Shown: positions 31,631-43,508 of the stretch, one piece after another
Numbering within the stretch: the first letter of the stretch is position 1
Layout: each line of letters opens with the position of its first letter
Assembly: GCA_963714095.1 (NCBI GenBank)
Contig: OY970230.1
Span: forward strand, 70,206-134,205
Direction: 5' to 3'
Source of the DNA: Candidatus Gottesmanbacteria bacterium
GTDB lineage: Bacteria; Patescibacteriota; Microgenomatia; UBA10105; UBA927
DNA length: 64,000 bases
Notes under the pieces: generated by a model
What the model saw: only the letters and a program-made list of their open reading frames with translations
Told to the model about the DNA's origin: nothing
Databases searched by the model: none
Program-made: the position numbers and the translations under genes

Positions 31631-32410
31631 CTATCGATATGTATTTATCAGATTTTTTAATTTCATCGCCTCGGCTTGTGGATTTTGGGAAAAAATGATA
31701 CTTCGTGAGGCGTTGATAATGGCGCCAGCTCCCGTACTATCAACGCCAACTTTTACTGTCTTTTCTATATCACCGCCTTGAGAACCGATTCCCGGAATTA
31801 ATATCGGCATGTCTTTGACTATACGTCGTACAATTTTAAGTTCCCTGGGGTAGGTAGCTCCTACCACAAGTGCGCAGTTATTATTAGTATTCCAATATTT
31901 TGACACATTTCCTGCGACTTTCTGGTAGAGATCGTCTTGAAATTCTCCAGCGCCCGGATTACTCGTACGGCAAAGAACAATACTTCCCTTCTCTTTTCTG
32001 TCTAAAAAGGGCTGTAGAGCTTCTCTGCCTAAATATGGGTGAAGCGTCACTGCGTCCACGCCCAAATAATCATAGGCAAATGAGACGTAGCCATTATTCG
32101 TATTTCCGATATCAGCGCGTTTTGCATCGAGAATGATGACAATATCGGGATGTGTTTTACGCAGATAGTCGCATGTCATTTTTAATTCCGCAATCCCCTT
32201 TTCACCGCGGGCCTCGTAAAAGGCACAATTGGGCTTGTAGGCGCAGACAAAATAATGTGTCGTGTCAATGACTGCCTTATTAAACGCGAATTGCGGGTAT
32301 TTACTTTTTCGACTACTGTGTGGAAGTTTACTATAGTCACTATCCAACCCGACACAAAGAAGTGAATTATGTTTCTTCATTATCGCTGATAGTTTTTTAT
32401 AGAACGTCAT
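31631..32410 (-). CDS. pyrF: Orotidine 5'-phosphate decarboxylase (type 2)
   Basis: LLCVGLDSDYSKL...ILDAKRADIGNT. Start moved to MTFYKKL to avoid overlap with pyrK. Confidence 0.7.
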   Translation of the reverse strand: MTFYKKLSAIMKKHNSLLCVGLDSDYSKLPHSSRKSKYPQFAFNKAVIDTTHYFVCAYKPNCAFYEARGEKGIAELKMTCDYLRKTHPDIVIILDAKRADIGNTNNGYVSFAYDYLGVDAVTLHPYLGREALQPFLDRKEKGSIVLCRTSNPGAGEFQDDLYQKVAGNVSKYWNTNNNCALVVGATYPRELKIVRRIVKDMPILIPGIGSQGGDIEKTVKVGVDSTGAGAIINASRSIIFSQNPQAEAMKLKNLINTYR

Positions 32411-32414
32411 GGTA

Positions 32415-33146
32415 CTACGTAAGTAGTATATTTCCTGAAAAGACCGGACCGTCGACACATGCGAGTTTGCCGTTAATACTGCAGCTGCCGCAGAGCCCCA
32501 TACCACCGCACTTAAAGTGCCGCTCGACGCTTACCTGACAAAATATACCTTGATTGTGAGCCATTTGCGCTACTTTTTTCATCATTATTTCCGGTCCGCA
32601 GGTATACACGCTGTCTATTTTTTGTTCACGCACTATGGTCGCGGCTAAATCAGTTGAAAATCCCTTCCGTCCTGCAGTTCCGTCGTCAGTTGACACGAAT
32701 ACACGGCAACCGAGTGCTTTAAATCTTGAAAGAAACGGAAGATCCGATTTAGTTTTGGCGCCGATAACAACGCAAATATTTTTTCTGCTCGAGGCGGCAA
32801 ATGATTGTGCTAATAAATAGAGCGGCACAACGCCATATCCGCCACAGACAAGCAAAGGATATTTACCCTGTATCTGAAACGGCGAACCATATGGCCCTCG
32901 GAATGTCATAGTATCACCGACTTTTAACTGGTGAACTTTTTGGGTAAACGTGCCGACTTTCGCGATAGATAGCCGTAAGGGATCGTTGCTCACGACCCCG
33001 AACGGCTTTTCATTGATCCCAGGGATCCAGAGCATCACGTACTGACCGGGCTTCGCCTTTATCGCCGTATTCAGTGTAAACGTCCGTACTCGCGATGTTT
33101 CCTTTTTGATACCGATTATTTTTGCAGTCTGGTAACTAAATTTCAT
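32415..33146 (-). CDS. pyrK: Dihydroorotate dehydrogenase electron-transfer subunit
   Basis: FAD/NAD-binding fold with C-terminal 2Fe-2S cluster CGGMGLCGSCS. Confidence 0.8.
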   Translation of the reverse strand: MKFSYQTAKIIGIKKETSRVRTFTLNTAIKAKPGQYVMLWIPGINEKPFGVVSNDPLRLSIAKVGTFTQKVHQLKVGDTMTFRGPYGSPFQIQGKYPLLVCGGYGVVPLYLLAQSFAASSRKNICVVIGAKTKSDLPFLSRFKALGCRVFVSTDDGTAGRKGFSTDLAATIVREQKIDSVYTCGPEIMMKKVAQMAHNQGIFCQVSVERHFKCGGMGLCGSCSINGKLACVDGPVFSGNILLT

Positions 33147-34065
33147 GTACTTTTCCTTTCAACTGGCTCAGCCGTTTGTATCCCCGGGCAATCATCCAAC
33201 CGATAATTTCCCTATTCACTTTAGAAAAAACCGAAATTCCTCTGTACTGAATGCCCGTTCCTATTTCAACCGCCACCGCTCCCGCCATAAACGCCTGAAT
33301 CGCATCCTCGCCAGTCATGATGCCGCCGGTTGCGATAATCGGTATTTTAATAGCTTTGTATAAATCCCAGATACACCGGATGGTAAGCGGTAAAATTGCC
33401 GGGCCGCTCATGCCACCGACGCCGAATGCTAAAATAGGTTTTGCCCGTTCTATATCTATTTTCATACCGGGTCCCGCGGTGTTTCCCATATTAATGACAT
33501 CGGCTCCCTCTGCTTCTGCAGCTTTGGCCACATCGGCAATTGCAGGAATCGAGGGCGAAAGTTTAACAAATAACGGCAATCTGGTTTTCTTACGTACGGC
33601 CCTGGTAATCCTGGCTGTAGCATCAGACGTTCCTTGACCTGCCAGAAGACCGAAACCGGGTGTATGCGGGCATGACAGGGCTAATTCGATAGCGGAGACA
33701 GGCGCTTCCTGAATTTTTTCCGCCAGCCGCGCAAACTCGTCAGCATCGCCTGCGACGATACTGCCGATAAGCGGCGCAGGGAATCTCCACTTCTTAAACT
33801 CCTCCACTCCCGCATCTATACCGACATTTGCATATCCAACGGCATTCATAAATCCACCGTTAAATTCAACCAGAATCGGGTTATTATGTCCTTGGCGGGG
33901 CAAACTCGTAAGCGACTTCATTGTTACCGCCGCTGCGCCTGCCTTTACGACACGGTACATCGTTGCACAGTCAAGACCAAGTAACCCTGATGCCAATATA
34001 GTGGGATTTGATAAATGAAGAGACCCAATTGTTACTGAAAGATCAATTTTTTTTGATTTGTTCAT
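33136..34065 (-). CDS. pyrD: Dihydroorotate dehydrogenase (class 1B) catalytic subunit
   Basis: LSCPHTPG and GGMSGPAILP motifs of the DHOD TIM barrel. Confidence 0.85.
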   Translation of the reverse strand: MNKSKKIDLSVTIGSLHLSNPTILASGLLGLDCATMYRVVKAGAAAVTMKSLTSLPRQGHNNPILVEFNGGFMNAVGYANVGIDAGVEEFKKWRFPAPLIGSIVAGDADEFARLAEKIQEAPVSAIELALSCPHTPGFGLLAGQGTSDATARITRAVRKKTRLPLFVKLSPSIPAIADVAKAAEAEGADVINMGNTAGPGMKIDIERAKPILAFGVGGMSGPAILPLTIRCIWDLYKAIKIPIIATGGIMTGEDAIQAFMAGAVAVEIGTGIQYRGISVFSKVNREIIGWMIARGYKRLSQLKGKVHEI

Positions 34066-35080
34066 AGATAATGTTACCCCGCACGATAACTTTTTCTACT
34101 CTGCCAAATAGTTCCCAGCCGTCAAACGGGCTCCAGCCACACTTTGTTTGATAACCAAAATCTCCCATACGATACGGCTTTTGCGGATCAAGTTCAATAT
34201 GGGTATTCTTTTGATCCGGAATGTGAAAAATTTCTTTCGGATTTGTGTATATGAGTCGGATAATATCTCTTTCCGTAAGTTTCTTCTGCTGAACTGCAAG
34301 AAACAGAAGCCCAAGCGTTGTTTCAAGTCCTGGCACTCCTGATGGAGGAGTGCTCAATTGTTTTTCCTGCTTCGTATGCGGTGCATGGTCGCTTTCGATT
34401 ATATCTATCGTTCTGTCATAGAGACCTTCCCACAAATATTTTTGATGACGATCCGGATCCATAAGAGGCTTTACTGACCCATACGGGCCCAGTTTTTTTA
34501 AATTGTTGGCGGATAAAAATAGATGGTGCGGTGTAACTCCCGCGGTGACTCGTTGTTTTTTCGCTTTTGCGAGACGTATAAGATCCACTTCAGAGGTTTG
34601 GGAAATATGGCAGACATGCAGTCGTCTTCCGTAAAATTGCGCAAGTGCAATTGCCCCGGCCAGATACATACCCTCAGCGTGAACGAGAATTGGTTTTTCA
34701 GACTTCCAAGCTGCAAAAATAGATTCCAATAATCCCAAATCTTCTATAAGAAGCTCGCCCGTTGTATGGTTACAATAAATTTTAAGTCCAAAAACCCGCG
34801 GGTTCTTAATGGCGACAGGAAACTCCTGAAGGTTATATCCATTTGTACCAAAGTGAAAACCAACATCGCAAACGGCGTTTTTCTTAGCACGTGCAATCTT
34901 TTCTTCCAACCGTTCTGCGGTAAATGTTTGCGGCTGGTTATTCGGCATGTCACAGATAAATGTAAAACCACCGGAAATAGCTGCCATCGTGCCGGTCCGG
35001 AAATTCTCCTTTTGTATTGAACCCGGATCACGGAGGTGCACATGTACATCGATAAAACCCGGATATTGTTTCAAAACCAT
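34043..35080 (-). CDS. pyrC: Dihydroorotase
   Basis: GFIDVHVHLRDPG metal-binding motif and DHAPH. Start set at MVLKQYPG. Confidence 0.75.
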   Translation of the reverse strand: MVLKQYPGFIDVHVHLRDPGSIQKENFRTGTMAAISGGFTFICDMPNNQPQTFTAERLEEKIARAKKNAVCDVGFHFGTNGYNLQEFPVAIKNPRVFGLKIYCNHTTGELLIEDLGLLESIFAAWKSEKPILVHAEGMYLAGAIALAQFYGRRLHVCHISQTSEVDLIRLAKAKKQRVTAGVTPHHLFLSANNLKKLGPYGSVKPLMDPDRHQKYLWEGLYDRTIDIIESDHAPHTKQEKQLSTPPSGVPGLETTLGLLFLAVQQKKLTERDIIRLIYTNPKEIFHIPDQKNTHIELDPQKPYRMGDFGYQTKCGWSPFDGWELFGRVEKVIVRGNIIYEQIKKN

Positions 35081-35084
35081 ACGT

Positions 35085-36023
35085 TTATCGGCGTAACACG
35101 AGCCGCAATAGTGCCATGCGCACATACATGCCGTTGCTCATCTGATCCTTTATATATACCGCACGTGGATCCCTATCCACGTCCTCAGTAATTTCCCCCA
35201 CCCGAGGCAATGGGTGCATGACGATCATGGACTTTTTGGCAAGTTTAAGCACCTGTGGCGTAATGATGTAATAGTGCTTCAGTTGTTCATACAGATTCAG
35301 GTCGCTGAAGCGCTCTTTTTGTATACGCGTCACGTAAAGGACATCTGAGGACCTCAGTACACCATCCAATTTTTCATATTCACGGACTTTAACTCCCCGC
35401 TTTTTCACAAGCGCGGCAATTGATTCCGGAAGCCTGAGAATTTTCGGAGAAACGAGATTAATGGTTACACCCCGATAGAGAGAAAGCAATTTAATAAGAG
35501 AATGAATCGTGCGACCATTTAACAGGTCTCCTACCATAGTAACGGTAAGCTGATCCACATGTCCGCATCGTTCCTCAATGGTAAAATAATCCAAAAGTGA
35601 CTGCGTGGGGTGCTCACCAACCCCGTCTCCTGCATTTATCAACGGTACGGGTGATGCAGCTGCTGCTATTTTAGCGGATCCCACTTCAGGATGTCGCATA
35701 ACAATAAGATCACTATAACAGGAAAATGTCCTGACCGTGTCCGAAAGTGTCTCACCTTTTGATACGGACGAATAAACCACCCCCTGCAAGGGAATAAACC
35801 CTCCACCCAACCGTTGTATCGATGTTATAAATGATGCAAACGTGCGGCTGGACGGTTCATAAAAAAGTGCTGTCATTACTTTGCCTTTAAGGATATCTGT
35901 CGCACCTTCCTTTTTAACAAGTGATTTCATCTCGCGCGCAACGTCCACAACAATTTTAAGATTTTCTTTAGTGAACTGCTCAGAACTTAATATATCCTGT
36001 CCAAAAAACGGATTTTTCACCAT
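35085..36023 (-). CDS. pyrB: Aspartate carbamoyltransferase catalytic subunit
   Basis: FYEPSSRTFASF (STRT-type motif) and HPLPRVGEI. Confidence 0.8.
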   Translation of the reverse strand: MVKNPFFGQDILSSEQFTKENLKIVVDVAREMKSLVKKEGATDILKGKVMTALFYEPSSRTFASFITSIQRLGGGFIPLQGVVYSSVSKGETLSDTVRTFSCYSDLIVMRHPEVGSAKIAAAASPVPLINAGDGVGEHPTQSLLDYFTIEERCGHVDQLTVTMVGDLLNGRTIHSLIKLLSLYRGVTINLVSPKILRLPESIAALVKKRGVKVREYEKLDGVLRSSDVLYVTRIQKERFSDLNLYEQLKHYYIITPQVLKLAKKSMIVMHPLPRVGEITEDVDRDPRAVYIKDQMSNGMYVRMALLRLVLRR

Positions 36024-36060
36024 ATTTCTCCTTTTTTTAAATGTTTTTATAGTATAAATC

Positions 36061-37044
36061 TCAACGCCCGCCCATCGTAAGAGCAAGTATTGCTTTCTGT
36101 ACATGTAATCGGTTTTCCGCTTGGTCGTAGACTACCGATTGCGGACCGTCTATAACCCCATCCGTCACTTCAACACCGCGGTCAGCCGGCAAACAGTGCA
36201 TATATATAGCGTCTTTTTTGGCAAGTTTCATCATACGTTCGTTGCAAATCCAATCTTTGTATTTCGCTGAGATTTTCGTCGATTGCTTAGGATCGCTCGT
36301 CCATACAAGCGGCCCCCAGCTTTTTGGGTACACCACATCTGCATCTTTGAATGCCTCTTTCATATTATGAGTGACGGAAATTGATCCTCCGGACTCCTCA
36401 GTATTTGAACGTGCCAGCTTCATCACCTTGTCCATCAGCATAAATTCTTTGGGGTATGCAAGCGTAATATCAGCTCCAAATTTTGTAAGGAGCAGTAAAA
36501 ACGACTGCGGCACTGAAATGGGTTTCGTATATGATGAAGCATATGCCCAAGACATGACAATTTTTCTTTTAACCAGCGTCTTTTTCTTCTCAAATATCGT
36601 CATGAGATCTGCCATCGCCTGGAACGGATGATGGATATCACACTGCATGTTGAAAACTGGGACAGTAGAATATTTAGCAACTTCACGAATATATGCATTC
36701 CCTTCTTTCCAATCACAGTGACGTATTGCAAGGCCATGTCCATAACATGAAAGAATTTTTCCTATTTCTTTCGGTGTATCCCCATGAAGAATCTGGAGCT
36801 TATCTGACGGCAAATCATGTGCGTTGCCTCCGAGATGGTCCATTGCGGCTTCGAAACTGGTTCTCGTTCTTGTTGAACTAAAAAAGAATAAAAGAAAGAG
36901 CGTCTGATGAAGTAAATACGGCGTTGGTTCTTTCAAAAGAAATTTACGTTTAAGATCCACTGCAACATCAAGCGCCGTTTCAAGCTCTTCCCGTGACCAA
37001 TCCTGCTCAGAGATAAAATCCCGGCCAAAAAGTTGTGTTTTCAA
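36061..37044 (-). CDS. Carbamoyltransferase paralog (OTC/YgeW-like)
   Basis: SSTRTRTSFEAAMDHLGG and HCLPADRGVEV. Carries a divergent insert relative to canonical OTCase. Confidence 0.55.
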   Translation of the reverse strand: MKTQLFGRDFISEQDWSREELETALDVAVDLKRKFLLKEPTPYLLHQTLFLLFFFSSTRTRTSFEAAMDHLGGNAHDLPSDKLQILHGDTPKEIGKILSCYGHGLAIRHCDWKEGNAYIREVAKYSTVPVFNMQCDIHHPFQAMADLMTIFEKKKTLVKRKIVMSWAYASSYTKPISVPQSFLLLLTKFGADITLAYPKEFMLMDKVMKLARSNTEESGGSISVTHNMKEAFKDADVVYPKSWGPLVWTSDPKQSTKISAKYKDWICNERMMKLAKKDAIYMHCLPADRGVEVTDGVIDGPQSVVYDQAENRLHVQKAILALTMGGR

Positions 37045-37985
37045 CTAATACTCCTTCCGCCACTTTGGCGTGCCAAATAGACCATAATTCCTTTTTGTGC
37101 ATGTAGCCTATTTTCCGCCTGATCGAAAATGATGGATTGCGGGCCATCGATAACACTCTGCGCCACCTCATTCCCGCGATATGCAGGCATGTCGTGCATA
37201 AAGACTGCGTCACGTTTGGCAAATTTCATGAGCTCAGGAGTAACCTGAAACCCGCGGAACGTACGTAGACGTTTTTCTTTTTCCGCTTCATCGCCCATGC
37301 TTATCCATGTGTCTGTGTAGACGACATCAACGCCTGCGACCGCCTCTTGCGGATTAGAAAATTCACGGACTTGCCCATGGGACTTTTTTGCAAACCGGTT
37401 TGCTTCCGCAGCAATATCGCGGTTCATGGCAAATCCTTTAGGGTTGGCCACGCGGAAATCCATCCCCAACATGCCTGCTGCAATCGCAAGTGAATGAGTT
37501 ACGTTATTCTCGCCGTCTCCAACAAAAGCGACAGAAAGACCTTTCAACCGTCCTTTATGTTCAAGCATGGTCAACAGATCAGCGGTAACCTGACAGGGAT
37601 GCTCAAGATCAGACAATGCGTTAATAACGGGGACTGAAGAATATTTTGCGAGCTCTTCCAATGTTGCATGTTCAAATACCCTTGCCATGATGATATCTAC
37701 ATACCTCGAAAGTGTTGCTGCGATATCTGCTACTGACTCACGTTTCCCCATCTGAATATCATTGGGCCCCAAGTATATCGCGTGGCCGCCAAGCTGGGTC
37801 ATACCCGTTTCAAAAGACACACGAGTTCTAAGAGACGGTTTTTCAAATATCATGGCGAGCGTTTTATCTTTAAAAATATGGTTATTCCCTTTCCGCATTT
37901 GATCTTTTTTTAACCGTACAGAGAGCGCGAGTACTTGAGTAAGCTCTGTCGGCGTTAAATTTGACATTCGCAAAAAATATTTCAT
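37041..37985 (-). CDS. argF: Ornithine carbamoyltransferase-like
   Basis: FEKPSLRTRVSFETGMTQLGG and SDLEHPCQ. The usual HCLP motif reads HDMP. Confidence 0.55.
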   Translation of the reverse strand: MKYFLRMSNLTPTELTQVLALSVRLKKDQMRKGNNHIFKDKTLAMIFEKPSLRTRVSFETGMTQLGGHAIYLGPNDIQMGKRESVADIAATLSRYVDIIMARVFEHATLEELAKYSSVPVINALSDLEHPCQVTADLLTMLEHKGRLKGLSVAFVGDGENNVTHSLAIAAGMLGMDFRVANPKGFAMNRDIAAEANRFAKKSHGQVREFSNPQEAVAGVDVVYTDTWISMGDEAEKEKRLRTFRGFQVTPELMKFAKRDAVFMHDMPAYRGNEVAQSVIDGPQSIIFDQAENRLHAQKGIMVYLARQSGGRSIS

Positions 37986-38000
37986 ACGTTTCCTTTCTTC

Positions 38001-38023
38001 AAAAAAAGGAGCCTCACGGCTCC
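38001..38023 (-). terminator. Rho-independent terminator (GGAGCC-GUGA-GGCUCC followed by U7 on the minus strand) downstream of atpC
   Basis: Perfect 6-bp stem / 4-nt loop followed by A7 on the plus strand (T7 on the coding strand). Confidence 0.5.
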
Positions 38024-38142
38024 AATAGTACCTTTCCTTTAAAAATATTTGTTGGCTGAAACGAAAAATCCCAGGTATTCATCTTATTCATCTCTTGTAT
38101 ACGTCCCTGGGTTTATAGTCTACTCATTTCATGATAAATGTG

Positions 38143-38568
38143 TCAAGAGACAATTTGCGGAGGCTGATGTCTCCGATGAAAAACTTTTAATTCCAAAACT
38201 GAACGCCGAAGTAGCGATTGGGCGGTTGAAAGTTCAACGCCGGTAACGTGTTTTGCGAGCGCTTCTTTCGCCGTAGCCTGGGCTTTCTTAATTTCTGCTT
38301 CATTAAGCTCATGCGCATGATATGCACTCGTAACCAAAATGGTAACACCAGTTTTGGTTACTTCCATAAACCCGCTGCCGATGGCGAGAAAATATTCTTT
38401 TGAGCCTGAGGTAATTTTTATTTCGCCCTCGCTAAGCGCGCTAAAGAGCGGCTCGTGAAGTGCCAAAACGCCGACCATACCGTTGGCTGTCGGGGCCATC
38501 ACTGAATCCACTTCTTCGGAGAAAGCCTGCCGTTGCGGTGTTATAATTTCCAGTTTAAAAGATTTCAT
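38143..38568 (-). CDS. atpC: F1 ATP synthase epsilon subunit
   Basis: Position after atpD; N-terminal beta-sandwich pattern KLEIITPQR... Confidence 0.8.
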   Translation of the reverse strand: MKSFKLEIITPQRQAFSEEVDSVMAPTANGMVGVLALHEPLFSALSEGEIKITSGSKEYFLAIGSGFMEVTKTGVTILVTSAYHAHELNEAEIKKAQATAKEALAKHVTGVELSTAQSLLRRSVLELKVFHRRHQPPQIVS

Positions 38569-38607
38569 GGTAGGTCTTTCGTAAAACTCAGGATAAAATA
38601 ATAAGAA

Positions 38608-40041
<1,434 letters not shown>

Positions 40042-40893
40042 TTATTCCGTTGCAAGCCTTGCCGTTACGATATCGGATATTTCATAGGTAATTTTTTCCT
40101 GTCTGGCTTTATTGTAGAGAAGCGTCAAATCATCTACAAACGAGAGCGCATTGTCCGTGGCATTTCTCATTGCAACCATGCGCGCACTGTGTTCACTCGC
40201 GTCCGCCTGAAGGACGGCATCCCGCACCTGATTCTCAAGATAGTGGGGTAACAGTGCTTCAAAAACTTCTGAAACACTTGGTTCAATAAGAAAATCCGGC
40301 CCTGCGGCCTCTTCCGGCAGTCCGTTTAACGTCAGAGGCAATAGAATTTTTTTCCGCGGAATTTGTTTTAATGCTGAAACGAATTCGTTGTAGACAATAT
40401 CAACGCCGGTGATGCTTCCGGACAAAAACGCCTCGCTTAACAGTTGGGTTATGGGAGGTACGCTGTCAACAAACGGAATGTTGTCGGAAAAATCCGCTTT
40501 CAGCGCTCCGTGCATTTGAGTCACGAAATTGGTTCCTTTTTTACCAAGCGTTACAAACTCAAGGTTATCAAATGACGGATACTCTTTTATCATGGAACGG
40601 AACAGCGTAATGTTCAGCCCGCCGCATAACCCTTTATTGGTAGAAATAAGGATCACCAGCCGTTTCTTTGAATCCGTGAGAGGGGGCCGCAGAAGCGGGT
40701 GGTTGGTTATATCCGTGCGGGCAGCCAACCGAAAAACCATGCCCCGTATTTTTTGTGCGTAGAGTTTCCCAGATAGTGCAGCGGCTTGGGCCTTGCGCAT
40801 TTTGGAGGCAGACACAAGTTCCATTGCCTTGGTTATTTTAGCTATATTGGTTGCGGATTTAATACGGTTTTTGATAAGACGGATATTTGCCAT
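40042..40893 (-). CDS. atpG: F1 ATP synthase gamma subunit
   Basis: MANIRLIKNRIKSATNIAKITKAMELVSASKMRKAQ. Confidence 0.9.
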   Translation of the reverse strand: MANIRLIKNRIKSATNIAKITKAMELVSASKMRKAQAAALSGKLYAQKIRGMVFRLAARTDITNHPLLRPPLTDSKKRLVILISTNKGLCGGLNITLFRSMIKEYPSFDNLEFVTLGKKGTNFVTQMHGALKADFSDNIPFVDSVPPITQLLSEAFLSGSITGVDIVYNEFVSALKQIPRKKILLPLTLNGLPEEAAGPDFLIEPSVSEVFEALLPHYLENQVRDAVLQADASEHSARMVAMRNATDNALSFVDDLTLLYNKARQEKITYEISDIVTARLATE

Positions 40894-40895
40894 AG

Positions 40896-42404
40896 TTATT
40901 TGAATCCCTTTTTAAAATCTGCAACTGCTTCCTTGAGCTTCGATTCTATTTCCGGCGTCATCACTTTTTCTTTGGCAATGGCGGAAAGGGTTTTTTTGTA
41001 CCGGGATGTCAGGAGCTCCAAAAAGCCTTTTTCAAACTCTCCGACTTTGGAAACGGCAATATCATCAAGATACCCGTTGGTGCCTGCCCAGATGCTTGCA
41101 ATCTGCTCTTCTACCGGCATCGGTACAAATAGTCCCTGTTTCAGGAGTTCCATCATGCGTGCACCGCGCTCGATTTGTTTTTTTGTGACCTCGTCAACAT
41201 CGGAGCTAAATTGCGCAAACGCAGCAAGCGACCGGTACTGAGCCAGGTCCAGCTTCAGCGTACCCGCAACTTTCTTCATGGCTTTAATCTGTGCCTCGCC
41301 TCCGACACGGGAAACGGAAATACCCACGTTAATGGCCGGCCGCTGCCCCGCGTTAAAAAGATCCGACTCCAAAAAAAGCTGACCGTCGGTAATGGAAATA
41401 ACGTTCGTCGGAATATACGCGGACATATCGTTCGCCTGTGTTTCGATGATCGGAAGCGCGGTCAAGGACCCGCCACCATGCTTTTCATCGAGCCGGCACG
41501 CACGCTCTAAAAGTCTACTATGAAGATAGAATACGTCTCCCGGGTATGCCTCGCGGCCGCTTGGACGGCGCAGAATAAGGGAAATTTGGCGGTATGCCCA
41601 TGCGTGCTTACTTAAATCATCGTAAATAATGAGTGCGTCCCGCCCCTTATCCATGAAATATTCACCCATTGCGCACCCTGCGTACGGCGCAAGATACTGA
41701 TACGCCGCGGAGTCACTGGCGGAGGCCGACACAACAATGGTATGCTCAAGAGCCCCGTATTTTGTCAGATCCCGTATGACCTGTGCGATACGGGATGTTT
41801 TCTGACCGATTGCGACATAAATACATACGACGTTTTCTTTTTTCTGATTAATAATCGTATCCACAACAATGGATGTTTTTCCCGTATTGCGGTCACCGAT
41901 AATAAGTTCCCGCTGCCCGCGGCCGATGGGAATCATTGCGTCAATGGCTTTAATACCGGTCTGAATCGGCGTTTTGACGCTTCGGCGGCTGGTAACCGAA
42001 GGCGCAACTTTCTCAATAGGATACATGGTCTTTGCTTTAACCGACGCACCTCCGTCAAGGGGCTCTCCGATCGGATTTACGACCCTTCCTAAAAACGAGT
42101 CACCGACCGGCATGGACAGAAGCTGTCCTGTTGCAGTAACCTCATCACCCTCCTTAATGGAAAGATAGTCACCCAGGACAATGACGCCCACGACACCCTC
42201 TTCCAGGTTTATGGCGAGTCCCGCAACCCCGCTTTCAAACTGAACGCGCTCCATGAGGCCCACCTGCGGTAAACCCGATACGCGCGCCACTCCATCTGCC
42301 GCTGAAATGACGTACCCGACCCGCTGGGCGCGGACTCCGGGCTCGTACGCTTCTATTTTTTTAACCAGTTCAGCTGCAATGTCTTTGGTATAATCGTTTT
42401 TCAT
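40896..42404 (-). CDS. atpA: F1 ATP synthase alpha subunit
   Basis: Walker A GDRNTGKT and conserved alpha core. Confidence 0.95.
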   Translation of the reverse strand: MKNDYTKDIAAELVKKIEAYEPGVRAQRVGYVISAADGVARVSGLPQVGLMERVQFESGVAGLAINLEEGVVGVIVLGDYLSIKEGDEVTATGQLLSMPVGDSFLGRVVNPIGEPLDGGASVKAKTMYPIEKVAPSVTSRRSVKTPIQTGIKAIDAMIPIGRGQRELIIGDRNTGKTSIVVDTIINQKKENVVCIYVAIGQKTSRIAQVIRDLTKYGALEHTIVVSASASDSAAYQYLAPYAGCAMGEYFMDKGRDALIIYDDLSKHAWAYRQISLILRRPSGREAYPGDVFYLHSRLLERACRLDEKHGGGSLTALPIIETQANDMSAYIPTNVISITDGQLFLESDLFNAGQRPAINVGISVSRVGGEAQIKAMKKVAGTLKLDLAQYRSLAAFAQFSSDVDEVTKKQIERGARMMELLKQGLFVPMPVEEQIASIWAGTNGYLDDIAVSKVGEFEKGFLELLTSRYKKTLSAIAKEKVMTPEIESKLKEAVADFKKGFK

Positions 42405-42754
42405 AGAAAAAGAGATTGCGCAATATCTCTAAGTTGGGTTGTTAGGCTTGAATCAACAATCCAGTCTGCAACCTGGACTTTTAATCCTCCGACTAACGAT
42501 TCGTCGATAGTATAATGACACTGAACCGTGTGCCCTAAAAACCGGCCGAGAACATCTTCGATCCTTTTTTTCTCAGTGCTCAGCATGGGAACGGCACTGG
42601 TAACAAGCGCGTTCTGCTCCCTTTTTGCCGACGCAGTGACTTTGCTTAAAAGCGACTGCACCTTAGGCACGGCCGTCTTTACGCGCTCGTCGCCGGTTAC
42701 ATACGAGGCGACTTCTTCAATAAATCCCCGTTCGTCTTTTGAAAGGGTTTTCAT
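42401..42754 (-). CDS. atpH: ATP synthase delta (OSCP) subunit, unusually short (117 aa)
   Basis: Position between atpF and atpA; C-terminal OSCP-like sequence. Confidence 0.55.
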   Translation of the reverse strand: MKTLSKDERGFIEEVASYVTGDERVKTAVPKVQSLLSKVTASAKREQNALVTSAVPMLSTEKKRIEDVLGRFLGHTVQCHYTIDESLVGGLKVQVADWIVDSSLTTQLRDIAQSLFL

Positions 42755-43248
42755 ACACGCACCTTTTCCAGATCCGTCAAATGTTTTTGTATAAGCTTAT
42801 GCTGGTCGGCAGACGTCAGTACCTGCGACAACAACTGTTTTGTCATCGCCTCCGCAAGACCGACCGCAGCACTGCGCACGTCCTTCTCCATATCCGCTCG
42901 AAGCGTAAGAACGTCATCTTTTCCTTTTGCTACAATCCCTCCAGCCTGCACATGGGCAGCCTCAACGATGTCATGAGCCTGGGCATCGGCTTCCTTTTTG
43001 CCTGCCCCTACAATTCCCTTTGCTTCACGCCTGGCATCCTCCAGCACTTTTTCTTTGCGGACGTTCAGTTTCTCCTCTTCAGCCCGCATTTTTTCGGTCA
43101 ATGCAAGGCCAGCCGCAATCTCTTTCTTCCGTTTTTCCAGCATGCCGACAATCGGCTTATACAAAAGCTTCGAAAGCACGAAAAATATGATGAGAAAATT
43201 GACTATTTGAGCCAAAAGTAAATTCGGCTCGATACCTAACTGCTCCAT
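42751..43248 (-). CDS. atpF: F0 ATP synthase subunit b
   Basis: N-terminal TM followed by a long charged helix. Confidence 0.75.
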   Translation of the reverse strand: MEQLGIEPNLLLAQIVNFLIIFFVLSKLLYKPIVGMLEKRKKEIAAGLALTEKMRAEEEKLNVRKEKVLEDARREAKGIVGAGKKEADAQAHDIVEAAHVQAGGIVAKGKDDVLTLRADMEKDVRSAAVGLAEAMTKQLLSQVLTSADQHKLIQKHLTDLEKVRV

Positions 43249-43267
43249 AACAATATCCTTTCACCCG

Positions 43268-43495
43268 TTATACGAATTTAATAATTAAACCCGCAACCAA
43301 TGAATAAATAGCGATGGCCTCGGCAAACGCCAGACCCAAAATCATCGTTGTACGGACCCCGTCTGCTGCTTCCGGATTCCGACCGATGGCTTCCATTGCT
43401 TTTGCTGCGAGCATTCCGATCGCCAGCGCCGGCCCGAAACCTCCGACTGCTACCGTAATACCTGTCATGATTAATTTTACTGTATTTTGATCCAC
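43268..43495 (-). CDS. atpE: F0 ATP synthase subunit c
   Basis: Two-helix hairpin with GLAFAEAIAIYSLV. Confidence 0.85.
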   Translation of the reverse strand: MDQNTVKLIMTGITVAVGGFGPALAIGMLAAKAMEAIGRNPEAADGVRTTMILGLAFAEAIAIYSLVAGLIIKFV

Positions 43496-43508
43496 TAGAA
43501 CTCACCTC

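Noticed and set aside
38069-38111. Inverted repeat CCCAGG...CCTGGG between argF-like and atpC
   Set aside because: The 29-nt loop is too long for a stable terminator or operator. The adjacent GGAGCC/GGCTCC hairpin with U-tract is the better terminator candidate.
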